Positions 20,328-31,171 are shown, counted from the stretch's first letter. The stretch: DNA of 64,000 bases from Clostridiales bacterium (GCA_017513085.1 JAFWDK010000019.1:192001-256000), one strand, 5' to 3'. Program-made: numbers and translations. Notes: generated by a model not told the origin, from the sequence alone.

Positions 20328-20942
20328 TCATACGATCAACCATCCTTTTTCCACTGCTCGGTCGAGGTTCTTCTCGATCCACGCGTACACTTCCGGCATA
20401 AATTCCTTAATGATATGCGCGCGCTCCTCCACCTGCGATCTGACCGCGCCACCGTCACGCCATGTGTGGCCTTCCGTCAACGTGTTATGCAGAAGCGGCT
20501 GGCATCGGTCCAGGCAAGCTGCATATTTGGAATCGGTCGTTTCCATCGCATCGAATTCTTCCCACAACGCCCGAAGTTCCGCGCCCTGTTCCGGCGGAAG
20601 CTGTGCATAAAGCTTGTCGGCCGCGGCCGCTTCACGAGCTGCTTTACTGGCATTGCCTTCCACATCGTAAGCAAAAGTATCGCCGGCATAGATCTCGATG
20701 AGATCATGTACCACCAGCATCTTGATCGCACGTTCCACATTCGGTTCCTCGACGCAATACTCTTTAAAAAGCAACGCCATGACGGCGATGTGCCAGGAGT
20801 GTTCCGCGTCATTTTCGTGCCGCACGCCGGAGATCAGCATCGTCCTACGGTATATCTCCGTCATCTTATCGATCTCGGCCGTAAACTTCAACTGCTGATC
20901 CAGTCTCTTATTTCCCGAACTCAAAAAATCTTCAATGCCCAT
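20328..20942 (-). CDS. HD-domain hydrolase (HD_3/YfbR-like)
   Basis: ENDAEHSWH, VHDLIEIYAGD and LWEEFD...AACLDR. Confidence 0.85.
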   Translation of the reverse strand: MGIEDFLSSGNKRLDQQLKFTAEIDKMTEIYRRTMLISGVRHENDAEHSWHIAVMALLFKEYCVEEPNVERAIKMLVVHDLIEIYAGDTFAYDVEGNASKAAREAAAADKLYAQLPPEQGAELRALWEEFDAMETTDSKYAACLDRCQPLLHNTLTEGHTWRDGGAVRSQVEERAHIIKEFMPEVYAWIEKNLDRAVEKGWLIV

Positions 20943-20951
20943 CTTTCCACC

Positions 20952-22193
20952 TCACACTTTCTTCACCACGATCTCGACCACGAAGCCGCCGCCTTCCCGG
21001 TTTCTCGCTTCGAGTCCGCCGCCCATACGATCCATAAAAAGCGACGCAAGATACAGACCCAGTCCGCTTCCGTCTTTTCCTGCCGCAAGACTTCCCCGAT
21101 AGAACTTCGAAGTCAGAAGGGGGATCTCATCCTCCGGCACGCCCGGCCCTCTGTCCATAAAGAGAACATGGACCTCATCGTCCTTTTCGGAGAACTCGAT
21201 CTCCAGCGGCGTGCCCGCATACTTAAACGAGTTGCCCGCGATGTTATCGACCACCTGTTCCAGACGTAGTTTGTCCACCAGGATCAGGCACTCCGGCACT
21301 TCATTCTTCTGCTCGACCGCACCGTAAAAACGAAGCTCCGACACAAAATCGGAAAGGATCTTCGAACTCTCCTCCGTTGGCTCGACCTTCAATTCTTCGA
21401 GCTCATCGAGTGTTGCCTTAAACATGTTATCGATCAGATGCTCGACCGACGTTGCTTTTGCCTTTATGACCGAGACCTTCTCGAGGATATCCGGATCCTT
21501 ATACTTGACCTCCATGACCTCGCACGTTGCCTTGATCGTCGACACCGGCGTTTTAATATCATGTGAAAGCTCCGCGACCAGTTCTTTTTTACTACGGCTC
21601 GCCTCGATCTCACGTTCTGAAGCGCGCTTGAGTTCCTCACGCATTCTGTCGAACGACTCGGTAAAAGCGCCGAAGTAATTGTGTTTCCGCATCTTAAGCG
21701 GCAGATCCAGGTTACCTTTGGAGACGTGCTCGGCAAACATTTTCAGATCGGAAAACGGACGCACAAACAGATACCACACAACAAAAAGCACGCCGAGCCC
21801 GAGTACCATCGCAATCGCTAATACCGCAAGTATCGTGCTCTTCTCTTCGCTCTCGCGTGTCCGGTATTCTTCCGTCCGTGCCGCAAAAGCGATCTTGCCC
21901 GCGATCTTCCCGTCTTTCACGTAGTCGAATACGGAATAGCCCTCGCGGATATAGTAACTGTTTTCAGATTCATACGTCTCATCGGAAAGGAGCGCGATCG
22001 AACACTTGTAGTTCTTCTCTAGTTCCTCCGGATCATTCCCGTCCCGAAGCCTCTGCGAGATCTCGTTGCTCATCGTGTTCAGCGTCAGCATATCGATCTC
22101 GTACACCTCGCGCACCTTGATGCGCTGGTTAAGATAGAAGCCGGCCAGCAGCAACACCAGTATGTAAATGATCGCGATATAGCGTACCTTCAT
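20952..22193 (-). CDS. Sensor histidine kinase (2 TM, HAMP, HisKA, HATPase)
   Basis: LSHDIKTPV H-box, NIAGNSFKY N-box, DRGPG and GSGLGL. Confidence 0.93.
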   Translation of the reverse strand: MKVRYIAIIYILVLLLAGFYLNQRIKVREVYEIDMLTLNTMSNEISQRLRDGNDPEELEKNYKCSIALLSDETYESENSYYIREGYSVFDYVKDGKIAGKIAFAARTEEYRTRESEEKSTILAVLAIAMVLGLGVLFVVWYLFVRPFSDLKMFAEHVSKGNLDLPLKMRKHNYFGAFTESFDRMREELKRASEREIEASRSKKELVAELSHDIKTPVSTIKATCEVMEVKYKDPDILEKVSVIKAKATSVEHLIDNMFKATLDELEELKVEPTEESSKILSDFVSELRFYGAVEQKNEVPECLILVDKLRLEQVVDNIAGNSFKYAGTPLEIEFSEKDDEVHVLFMDRGPGVPEDEIPLLTSKFYRGSLAAGKDGSGLGLYLASLFMDRMGGGLEARNREGGGFVVEIVVKKV

Positions 22194-22930
22194 GAAGGGA
22201 TCTCCAGCATATAGCCCGTGCCCCAGATCGTCTTGATGAACTTCGGCGAATTCGGATCCGCCTCGATCTTCTCACGAAGTCTCCGCACGTGCACATTCAG
22301 CGTACCGTCCGTATAGAACGAATCGCCCCAGACCTCCGAGAACAACTTCTCCTTGGTCACGATCGTATTTTTATTTTCATATAAACAAGAAAGCAGCTGA
22401 AATTCTTTTGCCTTGAGCGGGATGCTCTTTCCTTCCACGACCGCACTCATGGTCGCTTCGTCGATGGCAAAAGCAACGGCGCCTTTCGTCCCTGCGCCAT
22501 CCGCTCCTGCTGCACCCATGGCGCCCGATGCTTCCGCACCCGCATCGGCCATTCTTGCCTTCATGGTTTCCAGACGTTTGAGCTGCACTTTCACTTTGGC
22601 AAGAAGCACACTCAGCGTATATGGTTTTTTAATATAATCGTCCCCGCCGATGTTAAGCGCCACCAGCACGTCGTCATCACTCTGGCGCGCGCTGATAAAC
22701 AGGATCGGCGTATCGTATGTTTCCCGTAGCGTCTTGCAAAGCGCAAACCCGCTTTCATTTCCGAGATTAATATCCAGCAGGAAAACATCTGCCGTGTTCT
22801 CTTTCAGGAACGCCATGCACGACTCTGAATCCGCGACACTCTCACAAGTCACGCCGAACAGTTCAAAGTACTCTTTCGTCATCTTCGTCAGCTCGACTTC
22901 ATCATCGATCAGTAAACAGTTAACGTGCAT
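22190..22930 (-). CDS. OmpR-family response regulator
   Basis: LLIDDE, LLDINL, DDYIKKP and C-terminal TLNVHVRRLREKIE...TIWGTGY; Ala/Gly-rich linker. Confidence 0.93.
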   Translation of the reverse strand: MHVNCLLIDDEVELTKMTKEYFELFGVTCESVADSESCMAFLKENTADVFLLDINLGNESGFALCKTLRETYDTPILFISARQSDDDVLVALNIGGDDYIKKPYTLSVLLAKVKVQLKRLETMKARMADAGAEASGAMGAAGADGAGTKGAVAFAIDEATMSAVVEGKSIPLKAKEFQLLSCLYENKNTIVTKEKLFSEVWGDSFYTDGTLNVHVRRLREKIEADPNSPKFIKTIWGTGYMLEIPS

Positions 22931-22991
22931 TCTTGAACACTCCTTCACCCGGTCTTTCTAAAGTATAGCACAAGTGCCCGTGAGACGGCGC

Positions 22992-23013
22992 AAGTAAGAA
23001 TTAAGTAAGAATT
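22992..23013 (+). promoter_or_regulatory. Tandem direct repeat, putative OmpR-family binding site for the ABC exporter promoter
   Basis: Perfect AAGTAAGAATT x2 (11-bp period) between the divergent response regulator and ABC genes. Confidence 0.6.
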
Positions 23014-23159
23014 GCACAAGATTCATGTAAAGCATTCTTTTCCCGGGAGTCGTAAACTGGCATTGTAAGAAACGAGGGAGCCGAGGCGGACGCGCCGGAA
23101 AGCCCACCCCAAGGAAACACAAAACCAAATCAGAAAACCGAAGAAGGAGAACATACAAT

Positions 23160-23987
23160 ATGCCAACGCAAGTCAACACAAAAGACACTACCTCCTCGAT
23201 GCAGAGAAAGGACGTACAGAACATGAACACAAAAGAATCCATTCTCCGTGCCAGAGATCTTTGCAAGACCTTCTCAAACGAAAGCATCCAGCAGCACGTA
23301 CTGAAGAACCTGAATCTGGAAATCAGAAAAGGCGACTTCACGGTCATCATGGGTGACTCCGGCGCAGGTAAATCCACACTGCTTTACGCCCTGTCCGGTA
23401 TGGACCGTCCGAGCCTCGGTTCCGTCGCTTACGGCACCGAAGAGATCTCCAAATACAGCAACGACAAGCTGGCTCTCTTTCGAAGAAAGCACTGCGGCTT
23501 CGTTTTCCAGCAGAACTATCTGAACAACACCATGAGCGTGCTTGACAACATCATCGTCTGCGGACTTCTGAAGAGTAAAAACAGAAAGCAGATCGCAGAG
23601 AAAGCGAAAAGACTTCTCTCGCAGGTCGGTCTTTCCGAAAACAGCTACAACAAGTTCCCGAACCAGCTTTCCGGCGGTGAACAGCAGCGTGTCGCACTGG
23701 TACGCTCCGTCATCAACGAACCGGAGATCCTTTTCGCCGACGAGCCGACAGGCGCACTCAACTCCCAGAACACCAACGCCGTTCTCGACGTTCTCTCCGA
23801 ATTGAACGAGCGCGGTCAGAGCATCGTCATGGTCACCCACACCATCGCTGCTGCCGAACGAGGCAACCGCATCCTGTATCTCCGTGACGGTGTGATCTGC
23901 GATGAGATCGAACTTTCCCGCTACGAAGGCAAAGATCAGGAACGTCACCGCGCACTCCGCGCATTTCTGCAGAACATGGGGTGGTAA
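23160..23987 (+). CDS. ABC exporter ATP-binding subunit (LolD/MacB-like)
   Basis: [25 protein letters not shown] and VTH. Alternative in-frame start at 23223. Confidence 0.93.
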   Translation: MPTQVNTKDTTSSMQRKDVQNMNTKESILRARDLCKTFSNESIQQHVLKNLNLEIRKGDFTVIMGDSGAGKSTLLYALSGMDRPSLGSVAYGTEEISKYSNDKLALFRRKHCGFVFQQNYLNNTMSVLDNIIVCGLLKSKNRKQIAEKAKRLLSQVGLSENSYNKFPNQLSGGEQQRVALVRSVINEPEILFADEPTGALNSQNTNAVLDVLSELNERGQSIVMVTHTIAAAERGNRILYLRDGVICDEIELSRYEGKDQERHRALRAFLQNMGW

Positions 23988-23990
23988 GAT

Positions 23991-26330
23991 ATGTATTCAC
24001 TTTTTTTCATTGCAAGAAATAATATCAAGAAACACAAGGGCGAGGTCGCGATCCTTTTTATCCTGATCTTCCTGGCTGCATTCCTTCTCTTTACGAGTCT
24101 CTCCCTGATGCTCTCCGGCCAGAGCACCATCGATACATGCACTGAGAAGTATCACACATCCGACATTGTCATCTTCCAGCCTACGGGACTTACTGCGGAA
24201 GAAACCTGCGACATCGTCAAATCGATCCCGGGCTCCGATCTTGTCGAATCCGCTCCGGTCATCAACTGGAATGCAAACTATTACTACGGAAACAAAAGCG
24301 CCGACGAATCGACGGCCTACATGTTTTTCCTGACCGATGCATCCAGGCCGACGTATCTTAATTCGCTTCCCGAGATCTGCAACGATCTGAAAGATGACGA
24401 GATCGTGATCCCCTACAATCAGATCGCCTCTGTAGGGATCGGTGACAAGATGCACATCATCGGAAACGGCATGGATCTTGAATTTACGGTCAAAGGCTAT
24501 CTGGAAAATATGTACTTTGCCACGTCCATGAATATCTCCGGTTTCTTCTGTGCCGTCAGCCACAACACGTACGAAAAGATCTCCGACAATCTGCACCCCT
24601 CCTACACAGGAAGCTTCGTATACAGCCGCCTGAAAGACGGTGTAGACGAAGATGCATACGACAAAGCCGTAACAGGTGCTTTTGACGTAGCACACAAGCC
24701 AAACACCGTAGTAAGATCTGTCGTCCTCGCGGGCACAAGCATGCTCTCGAACATTGCTTCCTCGATCGTTCTGACATTCACTGTCATACTTGTCGGCCTT
24801 GCATTGATCATCATGCACTTCTCCATCAAGAACTTCATCGAGATGAACATTCAAAACATCGGGCTCCTTCAGGCCAGCGGATACAGCAGCCGTGCTCTCC
24901 GTTTCGCCTGCGTGCTCGAAGAAATGATCATCTGCGTGCTGGCCACCGTGGCCGCCGTCGGTGTCGGTCTTTTGATCACCTCCCCGCTCAACTCCCTGCA
25001 GGGCATCCTGAAGGGTCTGTCCGGCTTCAAAGGCATCTGCATCCCGGCACTTTTCGTCACCTTGATCTTTGTCCCGGTCGCCGTTTTCCTGGGCACACTT
25101 CTCGCGTCAAGAAGCTACAAGAAACTCACCGTTCTGGAGTCTCTCCGAAGCGGCATCTCCAGCCACAACTTCAAGAAGAATTACTGCCCGCTCGAAAAGA
25201 GCAAGCTCCCGTTGAACCTGGCTCTTTCTTTCAAGCAGATCCTCGGCAGCAAGAAAAAGAACTTGTTCATCGCCTTGATCATGGCATGCCTGACTGTATC
25301 CACCTGCCTCGGCTTCTCACTCTACGAGAATTTCGGTCTGGATCAGAAGCCTCTTCTGGAGCTGGTCGGCTTTGAGACCGGTGACCTCCAGACAGTGATC
25401 ACAGACGATCCGACGGTCATGGATACTCTTCGTGCCGATGACCGTGTCGATCACCTTCTCAAAAACGGTTCACTCGCGAGCATCGATGTCATGCTCATGG
25501 ACAACTTCACCACTCTGACCGTCGATACCTACGACGATCTGTCCAAGCTGGAATACGAATCCATTCTGGAAGGTCATACTCCGGGCAAAGCGGACGAGAT
25601 CATCCTGACTTGTGTCGAGGCTGACAAGCTCCACGCGAAGATCGGCGATATCGTGAATGTCAAAGGTCAGACCGGCGATTCCATCCCGTTCACGGTCTGC
25701 GGCATCGACCAGAAGATCAACAACCTCGGAAATAAAGCCATGGTAACGGAAGCAGGCGCTATGCGCATCAACCCTGAATTCGAGATGACGAATGTCATCA
25801 TTTACCTCAAAGACGGTATTTCCCCAAGAGACTTCAGTAAAGAGCTTACTATGAAGCACCCCAAGAGCACCACGCTTCTGGTACAGGATCTCATCGGCAA
25901 CACCATCGACTCTCTTTGTGGTGCCATGAATACCATCTGCGTGATCTTCGTCATCATGACCTGCTTCGTCGTCATCCTGACCGAGATCCTCCTTACAAGA
26001 TCCCAGATCATCCGTGAAAGATCCGAACTGGGCGTCAGCAAAGCGATCGGTTACACCTCCGGCGAACTCGTCCGACGCACGATCCTCAGCACCCTGCCGA
26101 CTGTCATCTTCGGTATTTGCCTCGGCTACCTCCTGCACATCACGATCGCAAACAAGGTGATGTACATCGGTCTGGCTTCCTTCGGAATCAAGCAGCCGAA
26201 CCTGACCTCCAACCCGATCTGGTTCCTGGTCACCATGGTCATCATCGTCAGCTGCGCCGTACTCACGAGCTACCTCAACAGCAGAAGCATCAGCAAGCTC
26301 GAGCCGGTACGCATCCTGAAGGAAGACTGA
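23991..26330 (+). CDS. ABC exporter permease with two FtsX-like domains
   Basis: Multi-TM protein with two IG.L.A.G[YF]-type motifs (IGLLQASGY, LGVSKAIGY); follows the ATPase. Confidence 0.88.
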   Translation: MYSLFFIARNNIKKHKGEVAILFILIFLAAFLLFTSLSLMLSGQSTIDTCTEKYHTSDIVIFQPTGLTAEETCDIVKSIPGSDLVESAPVINWNANYYYGNKSADESTAYMFFLTDASRPTYLNSLPEICNDLKDDEIVIPYNQIASVGIGDKMHIIGNGMDLEFTVKGYLENMYFATSMNISGFFCAVSHNTYEKISDNLHPSYTGSFVYSRLKDGVDEDAYDKAVTGAFDVAHKPNTVVRSVVLAGTSMLSNIASSIVLTFTVILVGLALIIMHFSIKNFIEMNIQNIGLLQASGYSSRALRFACVLEEMIICVLATVAAVGVGLLITSPLNSLQGILKGLSGFKGICIPALFVTLIFVPVAVFLGTLLASRSYKKLTVLESLRSGISSHNFKKNYCPLEKSKLPLNLALSFKQILGSKKKNLFIALIMACLTVSTCLGFSLYENFGLDQKPLLELVGFETGDLQTVITDDPTVMDTLRADDRVDHLLKNGSLASIDVMLMDNFTTLTVDTYDDLSKLEYESILEGHTPGKADEIILTCVEADKLHAKIGDIVNVKGQTGDSIPFTVCGIDQKINNLGNKAMVTEAGAMRINPEFEMTNVIIYLKDGISPRDFSKELTMKHPKSTTLLVQDLIGNTIDSLCGAMNTICVIFVIMTCFVVILTEILLTRSQIIRERSELGVSKAIGYTSGELVRRTILSTLPTVIFGICLGYLLHITIANKVMYIGLASFGIKQPNLTSNPIWFLVTMVIIVSCAVLTSYLNSRSISKLEPVRILKED

Positions 26331-26380
26331 TCCTGATCCGCCGATCCTTCAGCAAAAGCACTGAGGCACAAAAACAACAG

Positions 26381-26440
26381 AAAAGCCGCTGTTCCTTTCG
26401 CCCGGGTTTCCCCGAAGCGAGAAGAGCAGCGGCTCTTTTC
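26381..26440. terminator. Likely bidirectional terminator between convergent genes
   Basis: AAAAGCCGCTGTTC...GAGCAGCGGCTCTTTT inverted repeat with an A-run on one side and a T-run on the other. Confidence 0.6.
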
Positions 26441-26475
26441 ACTGATGCTATATTTTCTCCGTTCCTATCTCACGC

Positions 26476-28146
26476 TTATTTGGAAACCACTCTGAAGAGT
26501 TGCAGTCCTTCGATCGTATCTACCACTTCACTCTTCACATCCCCATAGTGTTCTTTAAGATAGGTCACGATCCGGGCACGATACGCCGAATTGGCAAGAA
26601 CATACACCTTTGGATTATCCACCATATCCCGGAACGGATTGGAGATACCATACTTTTTAAGACTCATATTAGAGATCGGCGAACGAGTCATCCATCCTCC
26701 CAAAAGGTAAGTATTTTCGTAAAATCCCATCGGGTACTCATCCGTAAAATGGTAGATCGAAACAGTCATATCTCCGTATGTCTGCGACAGATACAGATGA
26801 TCCTGATCCGCAAAGAACCGCTCATACATGGCAAGGTAGTTTTTTCTCTCCGGCGTCATATCACGTGCCGTGCTTGTGACATTCTGCGCCATGGTTCCGA
26901 TATTCAGCGCCAATGCTCCCAACGCCAGATATACGAAAAACGATTTCTTGATCGTTGCTTTTTCTTCCTTTTTCGGGAAGATAAACAGACTCAACATCAC
27001 AAAAACCGATACGGCTACGACCAGATCCACCCGTCTCATCAGAAATCGCTGGACGATCGCGAAATACAGATTAAAGAATCCCACCACAACGCCAGCCGGA
27101 ATAAGCGCCAGCAAGGCTTTCTTTTCCCAGTACCCGACAAGTACCGCAAGCACCAGCACAGCAATACTGAACCGGTATTGAAGGAATCCCGGCACGATCT
27201 GCTTGCAAAAAGAAGACAAAACGGTCTTCGCATCCGCGTTTTTCTTGATGGAATTCACTTCTTTCATAAGCTCTGTCGTCACAAACTCCGGATCATCGAA
27301 AGTCCAGTGTGAAAACAGGTAGTAGTCATTTGCCGAAATACCTAGAGAATGATAAAACTCTTCATTCTGATCGTAATCCGCCCAAGGCCTATCCGTAAAT
27401 ACTCCGCGCACTTCGTTATACTCCCGGAACGCATTCCATTCCGGATCGTTTTTGTAAGCGGCCGCGTCGTAAAGCCGGGCAGCATACCCGATGCCCAGGA
27501 CAGCCAGCACGACCGAACCGATCACGGCGATACGCTTCAGGCCCGGCTTGGTCAGCAGGATATACAGCAAGAAGAAAACGCCAGCAGCAAACAACGCAAT
27601 CAGAAAAGAATAGAAACGGATCATGGAACCGGTAAAAGCAAGTAAACCTCCCAGCACGATCTGAAACCAGGACAGTTTCCTGGCGGAAGTATTCAGAAGG
27701 ATGACCGCAAGTCCACAGATCGAAGCAAAACCTGCCGTTTTTGTGAATGTGACATTCACATAGCACTCATAAAGCAGGAAAACATAAAAAAGCGCCACAC
27801 ATACATATGCACGCTTGTCACCTCGCTTCTTGTCCAGCAGGGTATATGAAAATGCCATGGAAGAAACAAACAAAGTGGACATATGGAAGATCACGTACCA
27901 GTTCACACTATGACACGCTGTATAAAGCAGAACCAGCACCCGACCGATCAGAATATTCGAATACACCATATGCGGATCACACTTGCCGTAAAGGCCGGAG
28001 ACGATCCCCATCATGGCAAAATCATCGTTGATCTCATAATGCGTATGGCAAAAAAGCAGACAGAAAGCCATAAAAGCTCCGTTGACCGCAAGCAGAACAA
28101 GCAAGCGGATGATTCTTGACTTGTCCGGTTTCCATTTTCTTTCCAT
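26476..28146 (-). CDS. Polytopic membrane protein, possible GT-C-fold glycosyltransferase
   Basis: About 10 hydrophobic segments; acidic pair in the first external loop (YEINDDFAM); soluble C-terminal domain. The GT-C call is inference. Confidence 0.6.
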   Translation of the reverse strand: MERKWKPDKSRIIRLLVLLAVNGAFMAFCLLFCHTHYEINDDFAMMGIVSGLYGKCDPHMVYSNILIGRVLVLLYTACHSVNWYVIFHMSTLFVSSMAFSYTLLDKKRGDKRAYVCVALFYVFLLYECYVNVTFTKTAGFASICGLAVILLNTSARKLSWFQIVLGGLLAFTGSMIRFYSFLIALFAAGVFFLLYILLTKPGLKRIAVIGSVVLAVLGIGYAARLYDAAAYKNDPEWNAFREYNEVRGVFTDRPWADYDQNEEFYHSLGISANDYYLFSHWTFDDPEFVTTELMKEVNSIKKNADAKTVLSSFCKQIVPGFLQYRFSIAVLVLAVLVGYWEKKALLALIPAGVVVGFFNLYFAIVQRFLMRRVDLVVAVSVFVMLSLFIFPKKEEKATIKKSFFVYLALGALALNIGTMAQNVTSTARDMTPERKNYLAMYERFFADQDHLYLSQTYGDMTVSIYHFTDEYPMGFYENTYLLGGWMTRSPISNMSLKKYGISNPFRDMVDNPKVYVLANSAYRARIVTYLKEHYGDVKSEVVDTIEGLQLFRVVSK

Positions 28147-28189
28147 CGGCTTTTCCCCCTATCACAAAAAAGATTCGGCAACCACGTTC

Positions 28190-29374
28190 TTACTTCTTCA
28201 CCACAACATCCATGATCTTATTTCCACAATACTTGCAGACATAGTTCTCGTCCACCGCGCCATTGATCGGCGAAGCACAACTCGGACAGTGATCTTTGAC
28301 GATTTTCTTAGCAAGCGCGATCTTCAGGACCGAATCGTGCACCTCAAGCGTACAATGATTCAGATAACCTTGACGGATGGATCCACGCACTTTGCTGATC
28401 TTTCCGGACTTTGACGAATCCATGCTCTGAAGCTCCTCAGCCTTAATGAAAGGCTTATCAAACTTAGCAAAAAATGCCGCAAAAGCACCGGACGATCTTA
28501 TGCAGCGGGCGCTTTTGACACGGCGGATGAACAGGATGACCATGATCACTGTGAAGAACACGCCGAACAATGCCGTCGACAGCAGATCCGCTTTGATCGC
28601 CGAGAACGAACGCACCTTCGTTTCCGGAGCAAGGATCGCCTTTCGCAGATAATCCTGGTCGTTATACTTGCCAAGCATATCGAAAGACATAATCGTCAGG
28701 ATCGTCGCTGCAGCAATCGAGATAATGATCAGAATGATGGAAGCCGCATACTTCGACGCAAGTCCCCGTCCTTCATAATAGGAAGGGCGGTTGACACCCT
28801 GCTTGATCTCATTGGAAATACTGTAGAAACGATCGCCGGAAAGTACTTTGGCAAAGATATCCGGGCTACCGCAGTATGGGCATTGTCCGGTAAAGTACAG
28901 TTTCTTCTCGATGCCCGCGCCGCAATTCTTGCACTCGCAGAGGATCTTTTTGCTGAAGAGCTCTACCTGCTCAACACCGTCAATCGTCTTGATGCTGAAT
29001 TTCTTCATGTAAAGAATGCGGAAAAGACGAAGCTCAAGTCTCACCCGAAGTTGGGAATGACCGGTCACTTCAGCAAGCGCGCTGATCGGGATCGTGCCGG
29101 AAAGATCTCCTTCAAAATAACTGGAGTAGAATCTGGCATCGCCGATCAGCTTGCGTGAAATACACACGATCAGAAGCACGATCGCGCCAACAATGATGCC
29201 ACGGATACTTCCCGGCATAGACTTTGCATTCAGAGCTGTGTCAATGTCGTCCCGATAGTAGATCAAAAGATCAACTGCAAGATAAGCGAGAACGGCAATT
29301 TGAAACACGCTTAGTATGAACAGAATAATGTTTTTGATCTTGAAAGCAACTAGTGCCTTATTCTTCAGATACAT
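28190..29374 (-). CDS. Membrane protein with a duplicated [2TM - winged-helix-like - Zn ribbon] module
   Basis: CKNCG...CPYCG in the middle and CPSCA...CKYCG at the C-terminus, each preceded by two TM helices. Start 29374 after AAAGGAG. Confidence 0.75.
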   Translation of the reverse strand: MYLKNKALVAFKIKNIILFILSVFQIAVLAYLAVDLLIYYRDDIDTALNAKSMPGSIRGIIVGAIVLLIVCISRKLIGDARFYSSYFEGDLSGTIPISALAEVTGHSQLRVRLELRLFRILYMKKFSIKTIDGVEQVELFSKKILCECKNCGAGIEKKLYFTGQCPYCGSPDIFAKVLSGDRFYSISNEIKQGVNRPSYYEGRGLASKYAASIILIIISIAAATILTIMSFDMLGKYNDQDYLRKAILAPETKVRSFSAIKADLLSTALFGVFFTVIMVILFIRRVKSARCIRSSGAFAAFFAKFDKPFIKAEELQSMDSSKSGKISKVRGSIRQGYLNHCTLEVHDSVLKIALAKKIVKDHCPSCASPINGAVDENYVCKYCGNKIMDVVVKK

Positions 29375-29401
29375 TCCGGAGTCTCCTTTTCTCTGGCTCA
29401 A

Positions 29402-31171
29402 TCATCCGATTTGATCCGGTAACATGTCCTTGCTAAAGAACAGTTCGATTACTTTATTTAATTCTTCGTTATCTTCTCCGGCCAGTTCATACACTACAGA
29501 GAAGAAATCCACCTGATCCGCGTTTTGGAAAGCATATCGCTGGATGTACTCACGAAGGATGCCGTAGAAGTCCTCTTCGCCTATAGCTTCGCCCATCCAG
29601 ATGAGCGCCTGTTTTCCATAGTTGTAAGCAGCCAAAATATACTGGATCTCTTGATCGAACTCGAAATAGGAGCGGTTGATCGGGCTGATACCATTCTGTT
29701 GTAATACCTGTTTCGACTGGTCCCAGGCACTTGCAGTCTTCGGGATAGACTGACTGTCATTATAGACACCGTAAAGTGTTTTGCCATAAATATATTCCGT
29801 ATAAGAAGTGATCGACTCATCGAGCCATGGCTGTGTGCCGGAATTACTGCCCACGATACCCATGAACCACTGGTGACCGATCTCATGAGAAACAACCGTG
29901 TCAGCGGTAGTCTTAATAATTTCCTTCACAAAATCCGAATTGGCGCCCATGCTTGAAGGGATATCATCTTTTGTGATGATGATCAGGTTCGGATACTCCA
30001 TTCCACCTGCATCGATCGGAGCAAGAATCACTTCCAGATCTTTGTACGGGTATTTACCCAGTTTTTCACCGAAAATACGGAGCGAGTCGATCGATGCACG
30101 CAAGCTCTCGTCAGCAAGCAGCTTATCGACATCCTGGTTTTCCTCAACATAAGCTACACGGATGTGCACATCCTCAAAATCGCCTTCGACAAGTTGGAAG
30201 TCTTTGCTTGTGCTGAAAACAAAATCTCTTACACAGTCCGCATGGAAACTCTGTGTCTTCTTGTCGCCGTCAGTAGTATCCCCGTTTTCAAGACCCGTCG
30301 TAAGAAGGATCATATCCTTCGGAAGAGTGATATTGACGTCGTAATCAGAAATCTCGGAGTAGAAGCACTCACCGCAGTTGTAGAATTTTTCGTGTGACCA
30401 TCCGTCCTTGGTGTATTCGGCAAGGATCGGGTAGAAATTAGTAACATTATACACGCCATCCTGTACGCCGTAGCGGTCCGCCACAGTCGGGATCTTCGCT
30501 TCAAAATCATACGACAGTGTCATTTTCTCGCCCGGAGCCAGCTCCGACTCAAGCGGGAGCCATACAACGGAAACATCATCGTCACGCTGCATCTTGATTT
30601 TCTTATTGTTTCTTCCATCTGTAATGTTTTCAATTTTGGTGGTGTCACCATGCGTCTCGATCGCACCATCGTAGCCGGCAGTCTTCGCATCAATAAAAAG
30701 ACTGGAGTAATCACGCAGACAAAGCTTGTCCCAATCCTCTTCGCTGTCGTTAAAGAACACAAACTCGACATGTCCGCCGATCGTGTTGTTCTCCGGATCC
30801 AATGTCAGATCCATCGTGTAGTGGTAGCGGTCCTCCTGCTTCTTAAGATCGATCTCGCAGTTTTTCTCCGGAACACTTCCCTTAAGCTTACTCTCCGTCT
30901 CTTGCGAACTCTCTTCCGACTCGGTTGTTTCGGACGTTTCCTCTGTCGTTTCCTCTGTCGTTTCTTCTGTCTCCTCAGTCGTCTCTTTAGTCGGCTTTTC
31001 GGTAGTCTCTTCCGGTTCGGAGTCATTCTCTTCCGTCGTAGATTCCTCCTCGGCCTCAGTCGTTTGCTTCTCTTTCTTCGAGGTTTCTCTTGCCAGCATT
31101 CTGCAAGCTGCAGCCGGCAAAACCATGGAAGCTGTCAGAAACAGCGCGATCAATTTCACTGATTTTTTCAT
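29402..31171 (-). CDS. M1-family metallo-aminopeptidase lipoprotein
   Basis: Lipobox AAAC, E/T-rich linker, GGMEYP (GAMEN-like) and HEIGHQW...WLDES (HEXXH-18-E). Confidence 0.9.
   Translation of the reverse strand: MKKSVKLIALFLTASMVLPAAACRMLARETSKKEKQTTEAEEESTTEENDSEPEETTEKPTKETTEETEETTEETTEETSETTESEESSQETESKLKGSVPEKNCEIDLKKQEDRYHYTMDLTLDPENNTIGGHVEFVFFNDSEEDWDKLCLRDYSSLFIDAKTAGYDGAIETHGDTTKIENITDGRNNKKIKMQRDDDVSVVWLPLESELAPGEKMTLSYDFEAKIPTVADRYGVQDGVYNVTNFYPILAEYTKDGWSHEKFYNCGECFYSEISDYDVNITLPKDMILLTTGLENGDTTDGDKKTQSFHADCVRDFVFSTSKDFQLVEGDFEDVHIRVAYVEENQDVDKLLADESLRASIDSLRIFGEKLGKYPYKDLEVILAPIDAGGMEYPNLIIITKDDIPSSMGANSDFVKEIIKTTADTVVSHEIGHQWFMGIVGSNSGTQPWLDESITSYTEYIYGKTLYGVYNDSQSIPKTASAWDQSKQVLQQNGISPINRSYFEFDQEIQYILAAYNYGKQALIWMGEAIGEEDFYGILREYIQRYAFQNADQVDFFSVVYELAGEDNEELNKVIELFFSKDMLPDQIG

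Noticed and set aside
22480-22560. Ala/Gly-rich low-complexity insert in the response regulator
   Set aside because: Ordinary variable REC-DBD linker; in frame and not a discrete repeat element.
30890-31060. Short degenerate repeats (GTCGTTTCCTCT) in the peptidase gene
   Set aside because: They simply encode the EETT linker of a lipoprotein, a common feature.
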